39,733 bases of DNA from Catajapyx aquilonaris (GCA_000934665.2 JYFJ02003591.1:1-39733); one strand, 5' to 3'; counted from the first letter of the stretch, positions 1 to 17,934 are shown. Numbers and translations are program-made. Notes: generated from the letters alone by a model not told the origin.

Positions 1-967
1 TTTGATGCAACAGAGTGATGGAATGTATGTTTACAGGCATGGGCTAGCTAGTTATGAACAAAAATCCCAAATCCCAGACCAAGGCTAGTTCCCCATTCCG
101 TATGGAAATGTTTGAAAAAAAGTGATCCCATAAGACACTAAGCAATGGTCAATTGTTTTAAGCTATATCTCGAAATGATTCTGATCGATCTGTATTCAGG
201 TCATCATATCTACTGCATGCCTATAAATTGTCATTTGATGTGATATGCTTGCCAAAACTCGCAATAATGAACGCTAATCTGCCTATCTGTGCATAGGTTT
301 TCATTGATTCGACGCTTTTTAAAATCCAGGAAGTTAGGCTTACTCTGTTGTCAACAGGAATTTCAATGGAATTATGTGTTTTTTAAAGTTGGCAGCCTGC
401 TGAAATTATACTTACCAGAAAAATAATCAGTGATTTGCACCTAATAATTATGAGGGTGAGAATTTAATTTCAAGTCAATGTTTTATAATTATATACGACA
501 TAAGTACAATACATGACAAACTATAATATTATGGACATATTTGTTTCGACAACAGGACGTCACAAGAATAATTCTTCACCTTTTAGTGAGAACTAACAAC
601 AATACCCCAACAGTATATAGTTGGTCAACATTTTTGGAAATAACTTAAAACTTGACCAACATGAGAAAGGAAGGAAAAAACAGTAATCATATAACAACAA
701 CTGTCAGCACCATCTTTTCATAACCCTAATAATACAAGGATTTGTATATAATCTTATTGCATTTAGAGTTATTAAGCTAATTGAGCGCACTTAATACTTT
801 CTTTGGCCTTAAGAAGAGTTTTACATCGTAAATAGGACTCCGTCTACATCCTTGACAAGGATGGAAAGGGATATACAACAATTTTATGTTAGGCTAACTG
901 GTGCGCTTAAAACCCGTACACAGTTTCAGCACCTTTAATTTTTTTTTATCTCCCGCTCATTTTTTTT

Positions 968-997
968 ACACACACCACACTCACACACACACTTACA
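968..997. repeat. Imperfect (CA)n/(TG)n microsatellite just 3' of the PAQR3 stop
   Basis: acacacaccacactcacacacacacttacac. Confidence 0.75.
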
Positions 998-1007
998 CTC
1001 TTCAGTA

Positions 1008-1135
1008 TTAATAAGCACAGCCATATTTGGCCCTAGCTGTGACGTACTCCAGGCCAGTATTGTGCCAGTGGTAAAATGCAAGTACAACCAGGACGTGCCA
1101 AAATTGATGAGATGATCCAACGTAGTCTACTTGAC
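1008..1135 (-). CDS. PAQR3: PAQR3-like last coding exon (GQVDYVGSSHQFWH...KYGCAY*)
   Basis: Acceptor TTTTCAG|, the SHQxWH zinc-ligand motif, and a TAA stop at 1010-1008. Confidence 0.9.
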
Positions 1136-4100
1136 CTGAAATGAAAAATAGAAGTGTTAGCTAGTGGTAACAAAACAGCCTTTTAAAATGCACAAAAATG
1201 AGCCAGTGCACCGTGTGTACAGTAACAAGGCCATAACATGTGCTATCATTGGCTTAATCAATATGGGTGGTTAATATTAACGGAAAAGTGCATCGCATAT
1301 ACAGTCAAATTAGTGGTATAAATTACTGGCATGTGGCCATGCCATGTTGCATATGTCGTAATAATAATAATAATGTTTTGAAAGGCACGTGCAGCACTAA
1401 TTGCTAAACGTGGCGAAAGACCTGCCACAATAATGTTAAACTGGAAAATAAGCAAGATAATGCGGAAAAGCGATAACGTGTCGTTTATGCCAAGCCATAT
1501 TTAAATCGTGATTTTTGAAAAAATTTAACAATCAGCTATGCCATTCATTATTTTGTTCATGCTCATTTCTTTCTTTCGAAAGGTTGACTGGCGCTCAAAT
1601 TGCTGGCAAAATTGATTTGATTGGCACATTTCTTTTCCTTTCACCCCTTCAGATGCCGATATTTTTTCTGCCCTGTCAACTATTCAAGGAGAATTTCATT
1701 TTTCTGCCATTGAAATAGGCTATCATTTATAGTACTGCTAGTGACTCCATAATTTATTTCTTAGATTCAATTTTCGTACATGTAACTTATTATTCTACTA
1801 CCCAAAATCGAAATGTCCTGACACTTGCCCTTTTGCAGTGTTTTTCCCAGTTGGATATTTTCTGTATAATATACTGTAGAGTGTAGGCGTTACACTGTGA
1901 AAATTTTCGATAGGTCTTTCCTTTCATCATCAATTTCAGATTTTGGCATGACCCATGATCGTCCATGAATTTCCAGAGCTTTATAAGCCATGGTGATCCT
2001 AGTCAGCCACAACAGATCGTTATTGCACATTTGCACTACAATCTCAATAAATTAATACAAATCACTAATGTTTCACATCCTGGAATGTTCGTCCATGATA
2101 ATAAGGGGCATGCAAATGTTGACATTTGTGGGAAAATCTTAGAGGAAAATTACTAAAGATCAACTTACATAATATAGGCATGTCATAACTTTGAGAACAG
2201 ATAATATAATAAAAATGAGTTTCACTTTTGCAGTACTAGTAAAAACAACATTCCTATGTGAAGGTGAAAGCGGACAATAGCAAGGTCAGTCATATTCGTC
2301 AGCTTCAAGTGAATTGAAAAATTACTTTGAGAATTGATTAGCCAAGGCAATTGAATGTTTTAAAATTTAAAAAAAAGTGAGCTCGCTTTCATGTGAAGAG
2401 AAAGTTAGAAATACAAGTCCAAGTAACTTCGAGAGCACTCACGATATGACATTGTGCATTGAAATAATGAGTGTATATACACTACAAAATTAATCACACT
2501 GCTACAACACGACTGTCGATGACAGCGGAGCACGATAACAAGTTTAACAACAAACTAACCTGGAACATATTTCTCCGGCAGTTTCAGCACATAGATCACA
2601 AATGCAATTCCTCCGATAATGTACATTCCAAACACCCGCGAAAGGAATATCTGAAAGTGGGGAAAATGCCATTAGAGAGAGAAGAAGTCACGTCGAGAGT
2701 CTGGAAATTCTAAAAATGCCAAAAAAATCAATGTTCAAAGGTTATGAATTCAAACACTGTTTCTATGCCACCAGAATTTAAAAACCTAGTAGAAACTCTT
2801 ACAAAGTCTAGTCAGATTGCATGCTTTCTATATACTGTATGATCGATATTTTTATTGCTCAGAGATAAGATCATTTCTATGGGGAATGTCTGCAGGGCAA
2901 GTTATGCCAGACATTTTCTACTTTCCCATAGTGTGCTTTCCTGCGACTTAATGTCACTTTCTCGTCCTTGTTTTAAAAAAATAAATTTAATTAGAAAGGA
3001 ACTGAACTATTGCATAGCATTTTCGGAAATACTGTAGACTCATCTACATTTTACTCATACGTAATGATTAAGCTCTCAATATTTGCTATAGGTAATCGAA
3101 CCTGTACAAGAGGGTGATTCCATGTGTCAAATGAGAGTGCATAGTGCACGGTGGGCACGAATCCGTAAATGGCCCATCCGGCCAACATGGTGACCCACAG
3201 GAGGAAATGCTTCTCCAGGTTGATCATCAGTTGCATACCCAGTGCCAGCAAGAAAAAGCCCAGCACCGTGATGAGGTAGAAATTCAGCCAAAACTGTAAC
3301 GATATTGCTGCGGTTAGATAATATTTGCTAACTAGTTTTTCCACGTGGTTGAGGGGGGGCTATCCATGCAAAAAATTAAAATCAGCGAATTTGTGCAATT
3401 ACTTCAAAAGTAGACTACTATTTACAGACATTAAACAGGGGCACAGTGCTTCCAAACAATTTGCTAATGGAGTACTAATAAAATGTTAGAATTATCCACT
3501 GAAATTTTGGCTGGAATTGGCAATATAATTCGCGATGAATAGGGTTCATTAAGAGGGTTAACTTGTTAAAGTGCATGATTACACGAGGATCCCTCAACAA
3601 TAAAAGTTGCATGGTGTTATCCACTTGAACACACGGATTCATGATCCTGCAAATATGGACTCAAGTTTAGCCAACTTATCAAAGTTTTGATAGCCACATT
3701 ATTAATAAAAGTACTCAATGACCTGTGCTAAGTGGCATTACATGATCCTCAATTCGGAAAATCTCGGTAACGACTTCTGAGAGAGTAAGGATGAAATCGC
3801 TATTACCCGGAGACTATGATACTGTAATATAAATTGCCCTCTGTGTGCAGGACGTCAGATGCATTACTAGCAGTTTGTGTTACGTAACATGCAAATAAGC
3901 AATGCCGGGCATACGGAAAATGATATCTACAAGTTATGTCAGTCCCTATTGTGATAAGCACAACCCTCGCTATAGTCTTGAAAATAATATTCATCGATAA
4001 TGTACATAAAATATGTAATTCCGTCTGCATAATAATTTACTTTTTAAATTTATATTTTCATTAATTTTTGTTACAGCATATAAAAGAGAGAACATGCTGA

Positions 4101-7100
4101 ACACATTCTTGTGTTAATGTTGATGTGAGGTGCGACTTCTAGTGTTACATTGCGATGTAATTCATCCGATTTCATCTTGGGTAATCATCGATCCGTGGAG
4201 GGGGAAATGTGAGGATTCTCTAGGGGTAAAGTGAGTGAAACTGAGGCGCCACATGTACTCACGGGTTTGCAGGAAAATGCGTAGTAGATTCCCGTGACGA
4301 AGATCCCCAGGAAGCTGATGCATATTCCGAGGTGGTCAAGGGTCAACCATCGGCGGTATGCTCTTTCGGAATGGCAGCGGAACATGTGGTAGCAAGAGGA
4401 GAACAGCATACAAGACTGGAACGAAATATTTGTAGAAAGGAAATTGCTAAATTTTAACAAATCAAAAAAATGAATAACTGACATAATAAGTGTCCTATAT
4501 ATAGGACGGTAGGAAAAAAAGGCTTCCTTATAAAAATTAAATTACCCAGCTTCCCAGTCTGAAGATTCCTCCTAAATTAAGCCCAATAATTGCCTCCTGC
4601 GTCATGCATTGTTAAAACAATTCAGTTTTCCAGAACTGTCATTTCGAGGCCTAATTAGGCCTTGAAATGACAGTTCTGGATAACTGAATTCTTATTAATA
4701 AACTGAATGTAACTCCACTAACGAACCAACTGAACCTGAGGGAACATGTCAATCCGAAATGAGTTAACCTAGATCATTTCCCCTTTTTTCCCCACTTGGA
4801 CCCGTCATAAATTTTCCAGAAAAATGAGTTCGCAAAAAGTTTTCTATTCGGCTTGGGAACTGTGGGACGTAACCTTGGTCTATGTGAAGTTAGGCTCGTT
4901 TGGCCAATAGGCGCCGTCGGGACGCCTATCGATCCCACACTGCAGGCCTTAAAGCCGGGGAGATTCTCACACAAAATGCCAGGCTACCCGGGAGCCTCCC
5001 TTTTCACGCCAAAAATTTGCCATCCTAATCTTATTGCAGTTTACAGTGTTTCCGGGGGATGATGCGCAAATTCCTGGTGATTTAGTTAATATGAATACAA
5101 GAGGTTGAGTCGGAATAATGTTAAAAATTGCGATATGATATCAGGAGCTTTAATGTCCGGATGGAGTATTGATGTTGCCAATTAGACTTATACAATGTGA
5201 GCCGCGGATTATTATGTAACGTCGCGTGACAAAGTAAAAGAAATAAACGGCTAGTTACCAGGAAATGGGCCTCTGATGGTCTGTATACACGACTGCAATG
5301 AGCAATGACGACAAGAGCATAAAGTACATGGTGGAAAATTATCTATTTTCAGAGACATTGTTATTGGCTCAAATGGTAGGCTTATCCATAAAATATGAGG
5401 CTGGGAGTAATAATGCGGCTCTAGTCTAAGTGGTGGTGTGCATAATTTATAAATCGGTAGACAGATGGAGGTTGACTTTGAGCGACATCCTGATGCTGAT
5501 ATATAGAAAACATACACAGAGTTTGGTGCTCAGAATGAACCCTATGAATATTGGGTTATCTTTTCATATTTTTTTCCAAGGATCAACGGCCAGACATGCG
5601 GCATGTGCCTTGGAAATTAGCTAATAAGGAGTGTCGCAATCAAGTACATGTCATTTCAGATAGCTTATATAAGACATACTGTATGTAATACCACTGTTAC
5701 GTATATTCAAATGCATCTTCATGATAAGGAAGAGTAAATAAAAGCCTGGTCCAGTTGGGGTTTATCGCATATATTTATGAAATAAGCGACCTCATATGAA
5801 TTTTTCAAAATATGCAGGCTGTATTGTTACATCGATTGGAGCTTACCATTACTTTTTTTTTACTGCTGAACCGTAGTAGCATTTACAACGAGGATACAAT
5901 GCCAGGAGGGATAAAACTCGGTTTGCTATTTGCTGCATTTTCATATACACGTGAAATGCATAAGATTACCATGAATGTCCTCTGCATATTCCTCGTGACT
6001 AAAACACCCTTTGTACAATGTTAATCACACCCATAACTTTTACTATATACTCTAAAGGGAGTGTACTGTATCAACTGATATGTCTTTAGTGGCTCAGCTA
6101 TTACTTTTAGCGGCTATAAAAAGTATTAGTAGCTGCAAATATTTGATCAAATTGAATAAGCTATCCAAGATGTGAATTTCACTGAAATTCCGAATTGGAA
6201 CCATATGCATTTGAACGCCTTTTAAAATGATGCAGCTAATACTTTTGATCACCACCAAAAGTAACTGCTGAAAAACAATCAGTCAGTACCAAAAATAACT
6301 AACGATAAAACTGTTTACTATACCACTATATACATAAGCAGAAGAAATTACTGATGACGCTTTTCCAGTGTACATTATTTACCCAAAATATCGACACACA
6401 TGCTTACACATAATATGAGAGATGCTACTGACCTGAAAGCATAAGAGGAGCATTGTCAGCATGACCTTGTCCATTAAGGTGATGGCCAGCGATGGTGGGA
6501 AGTAGAGATAGTCGTGCACCAAAAGTGCCACAAAAAGTAGACATCCTGCTATATGAGTCCAGATGTTCAGGGTTTCGTTCGTCCACCAAAACATACTTTT
6601 TTTTTACCCCACATAACGAAGCATACAAGAAAAGGAGAAGAAAAAAAAGGCATACATTTAAAATGTTTTTCCCAACCATTGTTTCGTAACGACACTAGAG
6701 AAAAACTAAGCTCCCAGCTTTCACAATTTCTCTTCGTTTTGGCTATGAATCGAATCGTTACGTGTTTACAAAATATTTCCCATCAATTTCACTCACAAAA
6801 CATATTGTGTTGTAAGTTTACAGTCATTAATTCAAAATTTCGAAAGATAAAAATTTCGTGCCATAATGAATATGGTAGAACATATTGCAATCGCAGAAAA
6901 ATCCCCAGTTTGATCTTACGTGTAGGGAAATTAAATTTCATGCAGATTACGCAACACTTTTTTTTGCAACCGGCTAATTAACCTACGTAAGTGGCACCCA
7001 AGCGTAGTGTCCTTCAAATTCATCCAATATTAATCGAGTTTGCATCAAAATTTTGCAAGTGCGTTGTATTTTTAACCACCGCTCCTTATATGTATGACCC

Positions 7101-8068
7101 CGGCATATTTTATGCTAAACTGCAAGTATGCCGCATGAAAGGTAAATTAGTGATCAAATTATTGCAAAAAAAAATGAACTTGGACTACAAAATGCGTGCA
7201 TGCGCATTACAAAGGCGCACATCCGTAAATAAGGAGGAAGGAATTCTGCGCAAAAGTAATGCCGGTGCATGTACACACGTACACCGTAATTAGCAACGGC
7301 ATACAATAATAATAACAGCTCGATACGCTATTCAATACGTACATGTGAAAAAGCATATGTCTAATCTGATTACATAATTGCTGCACATGTCAAGCACGGT
7401 TGTTTACGCCAGTAATCAGCTAATTGTCATGCTGCTAATATTTTTATTAGGCCCATATGAGTTATTTTATCACAATTAAAGAGCTACATGAGTTATTTTA
7501 TCACAATTAAAGAGCTACATGAGTTATTTTATCACAATTAAAGAGCTACATGAGTTATTTTATCACAATTAAAGAGCTACATGAGTTATTTTATCACAAT
7601 TAAGGAGCTACATGAGTTATTTTATCACAATTAAAGAGCTAATGTAACTAATATAATAAAAATAATTACAAGGAGCATGAAATTTTGCATCTTGGCAAAT
7701 AGAGCTGATGCAGATCCTGGTTGCACATTATTGCATCTTCAGTCATTGCTAGGGTGAACAATCAATTTCATCTCTGCCACCCCTGTTATGTCATTTATTA
7801 TATGAATATGACGTAAGTAAATAAATATGATGCGGTTCATTTTTAAATCGTGGTTGCTGGATTTTCAGTGAACATCCATTTCATCTACGTACTGTACAGT
7901 GTACCTACCCCCCATGTAACAAATATGCAAATTTGGTGAATATGACAGGTCGTACCTTTTGATACATTTGAGGGGCGGCAGGTGCGCTCTGTATCCGCTT
8001 CGGATGTACGGGTTGGTCCGAAGGAACTTGGGTATGTCCTCGTACTTGAGCAGCACAGGACCAGCCAT
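1008..8068 (-). CDS. PAQR3: PAQR3-like progestin and adipoQ receptor family member (HlyIII 7-TM domain). Spliced CDS complement(join(1008..1135,2560..2650,3102..3293,4263..4415,6433..6595,7956..8068)); 840 nt, 279 aa
   Basis: The six exons join in frame with GT-AG ends. The translation carries PAQR family motifs: NPYIRSGYR, NETLNIWTH, SSCYHMFRCH, LDHLGI, PEKYVPG and GSSHQFWH. The start ATG has strong context (ATCATGG), with an in-frame TAG 30 nt upstream. Confidence 0.9.
2560..2650 (-). CDS. PAQR3: PAQR3-like coding exon 5 (IFLSRVFGMYIIGGIAFVIYVLKLPEKYVP-G)
   Basis: 91 nt. Acceptor CTTTCAG| with a CTAAT branch point, donor CAG|GTTAGT. Contains the PE(R/K)xxPG motif. Not in the ORF track. Confidence 0.9.
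3102..3293 (-). CDS. PAQR3: PAQR3-like coding exon 4 (FWLNFYLITV...NHPLVQ)
   Basis: 192 nt. Acceptor TTACAG| and donor CAG|GTTCGA. Encodes two hydrophobic TM segments and YGFVPTVH. Confidence 0.85.
4263..4415 (-). CDS. PAQR3: PAQR3-like coding exon 3 (SCMLFSSCYHMFRCHSE...AFSCKP)
   Basis: 153 nt. Acceptor TTCCAG| and donor CCC|GTGAGT. Contains the SxxxH and LD motifs. Confidence 0.9.
4619..4690. repeat. 72-bp loopless palindrome (34/36 bp paired) in a PAQR3 intron
   Basis: AATTCAGTTTTCCAGAACTGTCATTTCGAGGCCTAA|TTAGGCCTTGAAATGACAGTTCTGGATAACTGAATT. Confidence 0.9.
6063..6289. mobile_element. Degenerate foldback element (MITE-like) with GTACTG ends
   Basis: 6095-6137 pairs with 6231-6270 (CAGC..TTACTTTT.G.GG..AT.AAAAGTATTAG..CTGCA). 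The centre is GAATTTCA-C-TGAAATTC and the termini are GTACTG/CAGTAC. Confidence 0.6.
6433..6595 (-). CDS. PAQR3: PAQR3-like coding exon 2 (S-MFWWTNETLNIWTH...LLCFQ)
   Basis: 163 nt. Acceptor AAG| at 6597-6596 and donor CAG|GTCAGT. Contains the ExxxNxxxH motif. Confidence 0.87.
7457..7641. repeat. Minisatellite, 6 x 31 bp (ATGAGTTATTTTATCACAATTAAAGAGCTAC), in a PAQR3 intron
   Basis: Units start at 7457, 7488, 7519, 7550, 7581 and 7612, with one A>G variant in unit 5. There are no spacers. Confidence 0.95.
7956..8068 (-). CDS. PAQR3: PAQR3-like coding exon 1 (MAGPVLLKYEDIPKFLRTNPYIRSGYRAHLPPLKCIK)
   Basis: ATG at 8068; donor AG|GTACGA at 7955; phase 2. Confidence 0.88.
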
Positions 8069-9022
8069 GATGTGTCGGTATGGATCGTTTTCTCCCTACT
8101 GCTGCTGCTAGACTTTTCCCGGGCAACCCTCCCCAACTCCCACTCTGCTCCTCCCACCACCCACCCCACTCTGCCTACCTCCACCCCCTATGATGGCTGC
8201 TCCCTGCAGGATTTTATTTTCACTGAATTATTTTGCGAACCCATACCGAGATATTGTGGGAAAAAGACAATGGGGGAAATTTTTTTAATGTTGCGAGTTA
8301 ATGGTTCCATGGGAACAATGTAGCCTTTGTTGTGGGTAGTTCGGGTACAATGGGAGGTTATGCAGGTGGCGTTGCTGACGACTCTTTGGCTGACCATTCG
8401 AATCGGGCTGGTCAGTTTATTTACTATTTTATGATGTGATAAGATACAGGTAGCTGTTATCAATGTAAGCTGAGATGCGGTTTTACAAATAACAACAACA
8501 TGCTATGACGAAAGCTGTTATGTGAAATCTAGCTTTAAACATATTCATCTCCCAATTTTTTAAAGTACAAACATTATTATTGCAACATTATTTGAAGCAA
8601 AGATGCCCTAAAAACCAGATCAAGTCGGAATTATGGACCCGGATTTTCGATTTGGATCCAGACTTGGTATCCTGATTGGTCACGATCCGCTTCAATCCAC
8701 TCCCAAATGAGATTAGCTAACCAGAGGAGTCTATTCTTGGGTACCTTTCAGTTTACAGTGATTCGATTAAATGATCCGCGTTTTTCGTCAACAAACAAGC
8801 AGGCGCTAAAAAGGTGCTGTGCAGCAGTAGCAGGAAATAATTATTTAAAATAAATAAATAAGTAAATAATCTCTTGGTGCATATGGGTATGTTTAAGTAC
8901 GGACTGAAGTCACCTTTGTTGGCATTATTGTGATTGATTAGTCAAATGGTCAGTCTGAACTTGAACATACATGTGCATATGCATCCAGAGTGAGTACTAT
9001 ACACAGTGCATTACCCGCCTCT

Positions 9023-9110
9023 CTTGGGATATATCCTGTGAGTCTCACTACCTGCAACACTTCTGACATGTGACGTGTCGCAGATAGTGACACTCACAGG
9101 ATATTCCAAG
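9023..9110. repeat. Imperfect hairpin (about 35-bp stem, 14-nt loop)
   Basis: 9023-9060 pairs with 9075-9110 (ATATCCTGTGAGT.TCACTA.CTGC.ACAC). Confidence 0.8.
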
Positions 9111-9133
9111 GAACGTATGTCTAAAAACACACG

Positions 9134-9206
9134 AAAAAAATTTGCTCAACCCGGGGATCGAACCCATGTCCTCGTAGGTGGAAGGCCTCAACCAATCCAC
9201 CAAACT
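9134..9206 (-). mobile_element. tRNA-derived SINE-like head or degenerate tRNA pseudogene
   Basis: On the minus strand: A-box-like TGGTGGATTGG (9202-9192), B-box GGTTCGATCCC (9164-9154), then a T7 run. There is no complete cloverleaf. Confidence 0.55.
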
Positions 9207-10915
9207 CTGCAATTAAATTGTCAAACCTGATTTTAATTCATAGTGTACCAATAATGATCCACTGCAGTGCGTAACATCCTGCCAGTTTTACCACTTTCAT
9301 CTCGCATCATAATCATGTTGGGGCCATATAAGTTATGTCGATTTCTAGCTTTCGAACCAGCAATATTAGGGTTTCTGAGCACGAGCCAGAGCTATGAGAT
9401 TACGCAAAGATAACAGGACCCTGTGAAGTTTCCCAACGCCAAGGTCGTTTACTCTCTCACATAGTCACATGATAAAAGAAAGACAACAATAACTACCCAT
9501 CCGCACAAGTCTGGAAGCTCAGCCAGCTGTTTCCAAACCGGCCATGTTGAGAAACATAGGGGCATATATACCCTTGTTTAACTTTTTAAAATTCATTCAT
9601 TCATTTATTTTTAGCCAATTTTGTATTTTCAAAAATGCTACATTTTCCCCCATTTACTACGTGCGTAAGTGAGCGTCCATGCTAATTATCCTCCCATTGA
9701 AAATGCCGATCCTTGACCCCAAGTGACTAATGGTGGTCGTCACAGGCGCGCCAATTGTCATACCCCCACCTTGAAGAAAGGGCGTTCAGACATTGGCCCC
9801 TTCCCAATCCATCGATTTCGAAATCTGCCGCCAGATGTGCGCAGGCTACAACACACCACTGCCATCTACCCGCACATATATTCACCGCAATTTTTTTCCC
9901 AATTTCCCTTACGTAGCGAACCTTCGAAGGTCACTGCCATAGTAAAAATAATAAAATAATAAATGCTGACACTTCTAGTATGTAAAAAAAAAACAATGGC
10001 CCGTTTTTTTCTGACTGGAGGAATCTGGATCGACCCCAAATTTGGGGGAGGAGCTGGCATATTTGGCACCCGGTTGTGGGTTGTTTATGTAACCCCGTCT
10101 CGAAATTAACCCCGGTTGGACTAAATCCGGCACGTGCTGCTACACTTATATGTTTCTTTGGGAAAAAAAAAGAAGGGCCGGTGACGTAAACAGGTCATGC
10201 CCCTTGCCGGCTCGTTTCCTTTTAAAAAATTAATTAGATGCTTTTTTTAATGATGGCACATCGATTTTGATCTGAAAAATGGTGGGTGGATTTTTTTTCC
10301 CCCATTTTTTTTTTTTCTTTTCAAAAGGGGGTGGCGACATGGGCACCCTCCACCTCCCCCTTGGCACAAGGCAATGAATGCGTCCATAGTCGCGGCCCTT
10401 TATCGATTCAGGTCTATCTATACTTAGGCGCAGTTACAATGTAAGGGCACAGCGGATAATGAACAGGGTTGCATGCCACCAACCGATCATATGGAGATTT
10501 CATGTTGTGTGTCTGCAGCATCTCATGGTCTGGCAGCCAGGAGAGAAAAATCTAGTACAGACAATAACTTCATGCACCGTGTACTATATTCAGAATAAAT
10601 CCGACAATGTTTCTATTATATCAATCAGAGCGGCTTCATATTTCTCTACACCTTGTGTTCCCATTACGGCACCAGCATATGCGTAAGGGCAATGTTCCAT
10701 TTCATGCCGACCCCCCGAAAAAACCCCAGCCGTTTTCAATCACAATGCTACGTCATATTAATAGCAGCATTTATATTCATTCCGGTATATCATTGTTCCA
10801 GCCTGATTGTTCCACCGCATGAGGTTTTAATACTGGATATTGCTAGTTCAAAATGGCACGGAATCAACACGGTCGGTGTGGGGTCAAGGGCAAGTACACA
10901 TCACTGGTCTTCATA

Positions 10916-10960
10916 AAAACCAACACATGAGGGTTTCCGGCTTTTCATGAAGTATTTATT
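10916..10960 (-). terminator. Probable UBE2D polyadenylation signal (AATAAA at 10960-10955) with a downstream GU-rich element; implies a 3'UTR of about 1.2 kb
   Basis: AATAAA is followed about 30 nt later by TGTGTTGGTTTT on the minus strand. The intervening 11000-12127 is U-rich and UTR-like. A second AATAAA lies at 11008-11003. Confidence 0.55.
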
Positions 10961-12127
10961 AACAAGATGCACAAGGATTAAGATTACACCATTGTATTGT
11001 ATTTTATTTCTTCCTTCTTCCTCAGTTCTCACTCAAAAAAGAAAGAGGCCGGTGGGAAAATAATTGCTACCAATATTTTAAATCCACAATATCCCAAAAA
11101 CTGTCGGGGGTTTGGAATTTTTTCAAAATGCGTGGCCTCTTCTCAACGGCGGGTCTTACAATAATTACAGTAACCCTACCGCTCATTTATTTTGCGCCGC
11201 GTACAAACTACGAACTGATGTATCTCATTATTTCCCATCTTTCTCTGGACTCGAGACCATTTTGTATTGTTGAGGATGGACAGCAGGGACAGATTATTCA
11301 GGAATGGGGGCTTTTTTTTTTTCTCCTTTTGTCTTTTTACAAATGGAAGAAACCAGCAGGGTATGGGACATTCTTTGAAAAGAAATCCATGTAACAAGCA
11401 AAACTGAGCAGGGGTTTCAGGAACAACCAAAAAAATGTAAAGCAACTGTGACGTCCTGACTTTTATTCCTTCCCGAGACACAAAAAAACACAATAGATGC
11501 TACAAAAAACCCTCTCTACAATAATTGGTATCCCCAACAATGTGCTGACAAGAAAAAAAACAATAATATTAAGTTAGGGACGAGAGGAGCTGGAAATAAC
11601 AGGCGGCTTGGGACGAGGGGGGGGGGGGCAAGGGGAGGGGCGGAGGGCACCGAAAACGGCTACAACATTAATCATTGAATCGGAGCATTATGTTCAGTGG
11701 CAGTTTTTTTCCACATCAAATTGTTGATCAAAATTGTTTGGGGTGATCATGAGGGTTAGAAAAGTTAACACAAAACGATTTCAATCACAGTACATCGATA
11801 CCAGATGGGGGGAGGAGGGAGATTTAAAGTTCAACAGTCGGGACTATTAAATCCAGGTAGGACTCTGCGGAGGGGACCCAGTCATCAAAATATGAGAGAG
11901 GGCTAAGACTCAATTCAGAAACGGGGCGTAATAAAAAAAAAACAAGGCCCTTTCCGTATGTCAAAAAAAGTAGAGCGGGGTGGGAAGGAAGAAAATAACC
12001 GAGTTTTGAACTGGTTAGAGGAGGGCAGGGTTGTGCAAATTGCAGTTGGTACAGGGGGGGCCAGGTATGGTATTCCTTATGGAGTGGGACTGGGAGAAAA
12101 ATGAGGGGGCAATGTTAAGCGCTGACA

Positions 12128-17934
<5,807 letters not shown>

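Noticed and set aside
6970..7295. Degenerate inverted repeat (GCTAATTA...TAATTAGC; CTCCTTAT/ATAAGGAG)
   Set aside because: Probably an old foldback TE, but too decayed to define ends or a TSD by eye.
7457..7641. 31-bp repeat array resembling a CRISPR repeat in length
   Set aside because: The units are head-to-tail with no spacers, lie in a eukaryotic intron, and have no cas genes nearby. It is a minisatellite.
9134..9206. Functional tRNA gene
   Set aside because: A and B boxes are present, but the acceptor and anticodon stems cannot be formed convincingly. Kept only as SINE-like.
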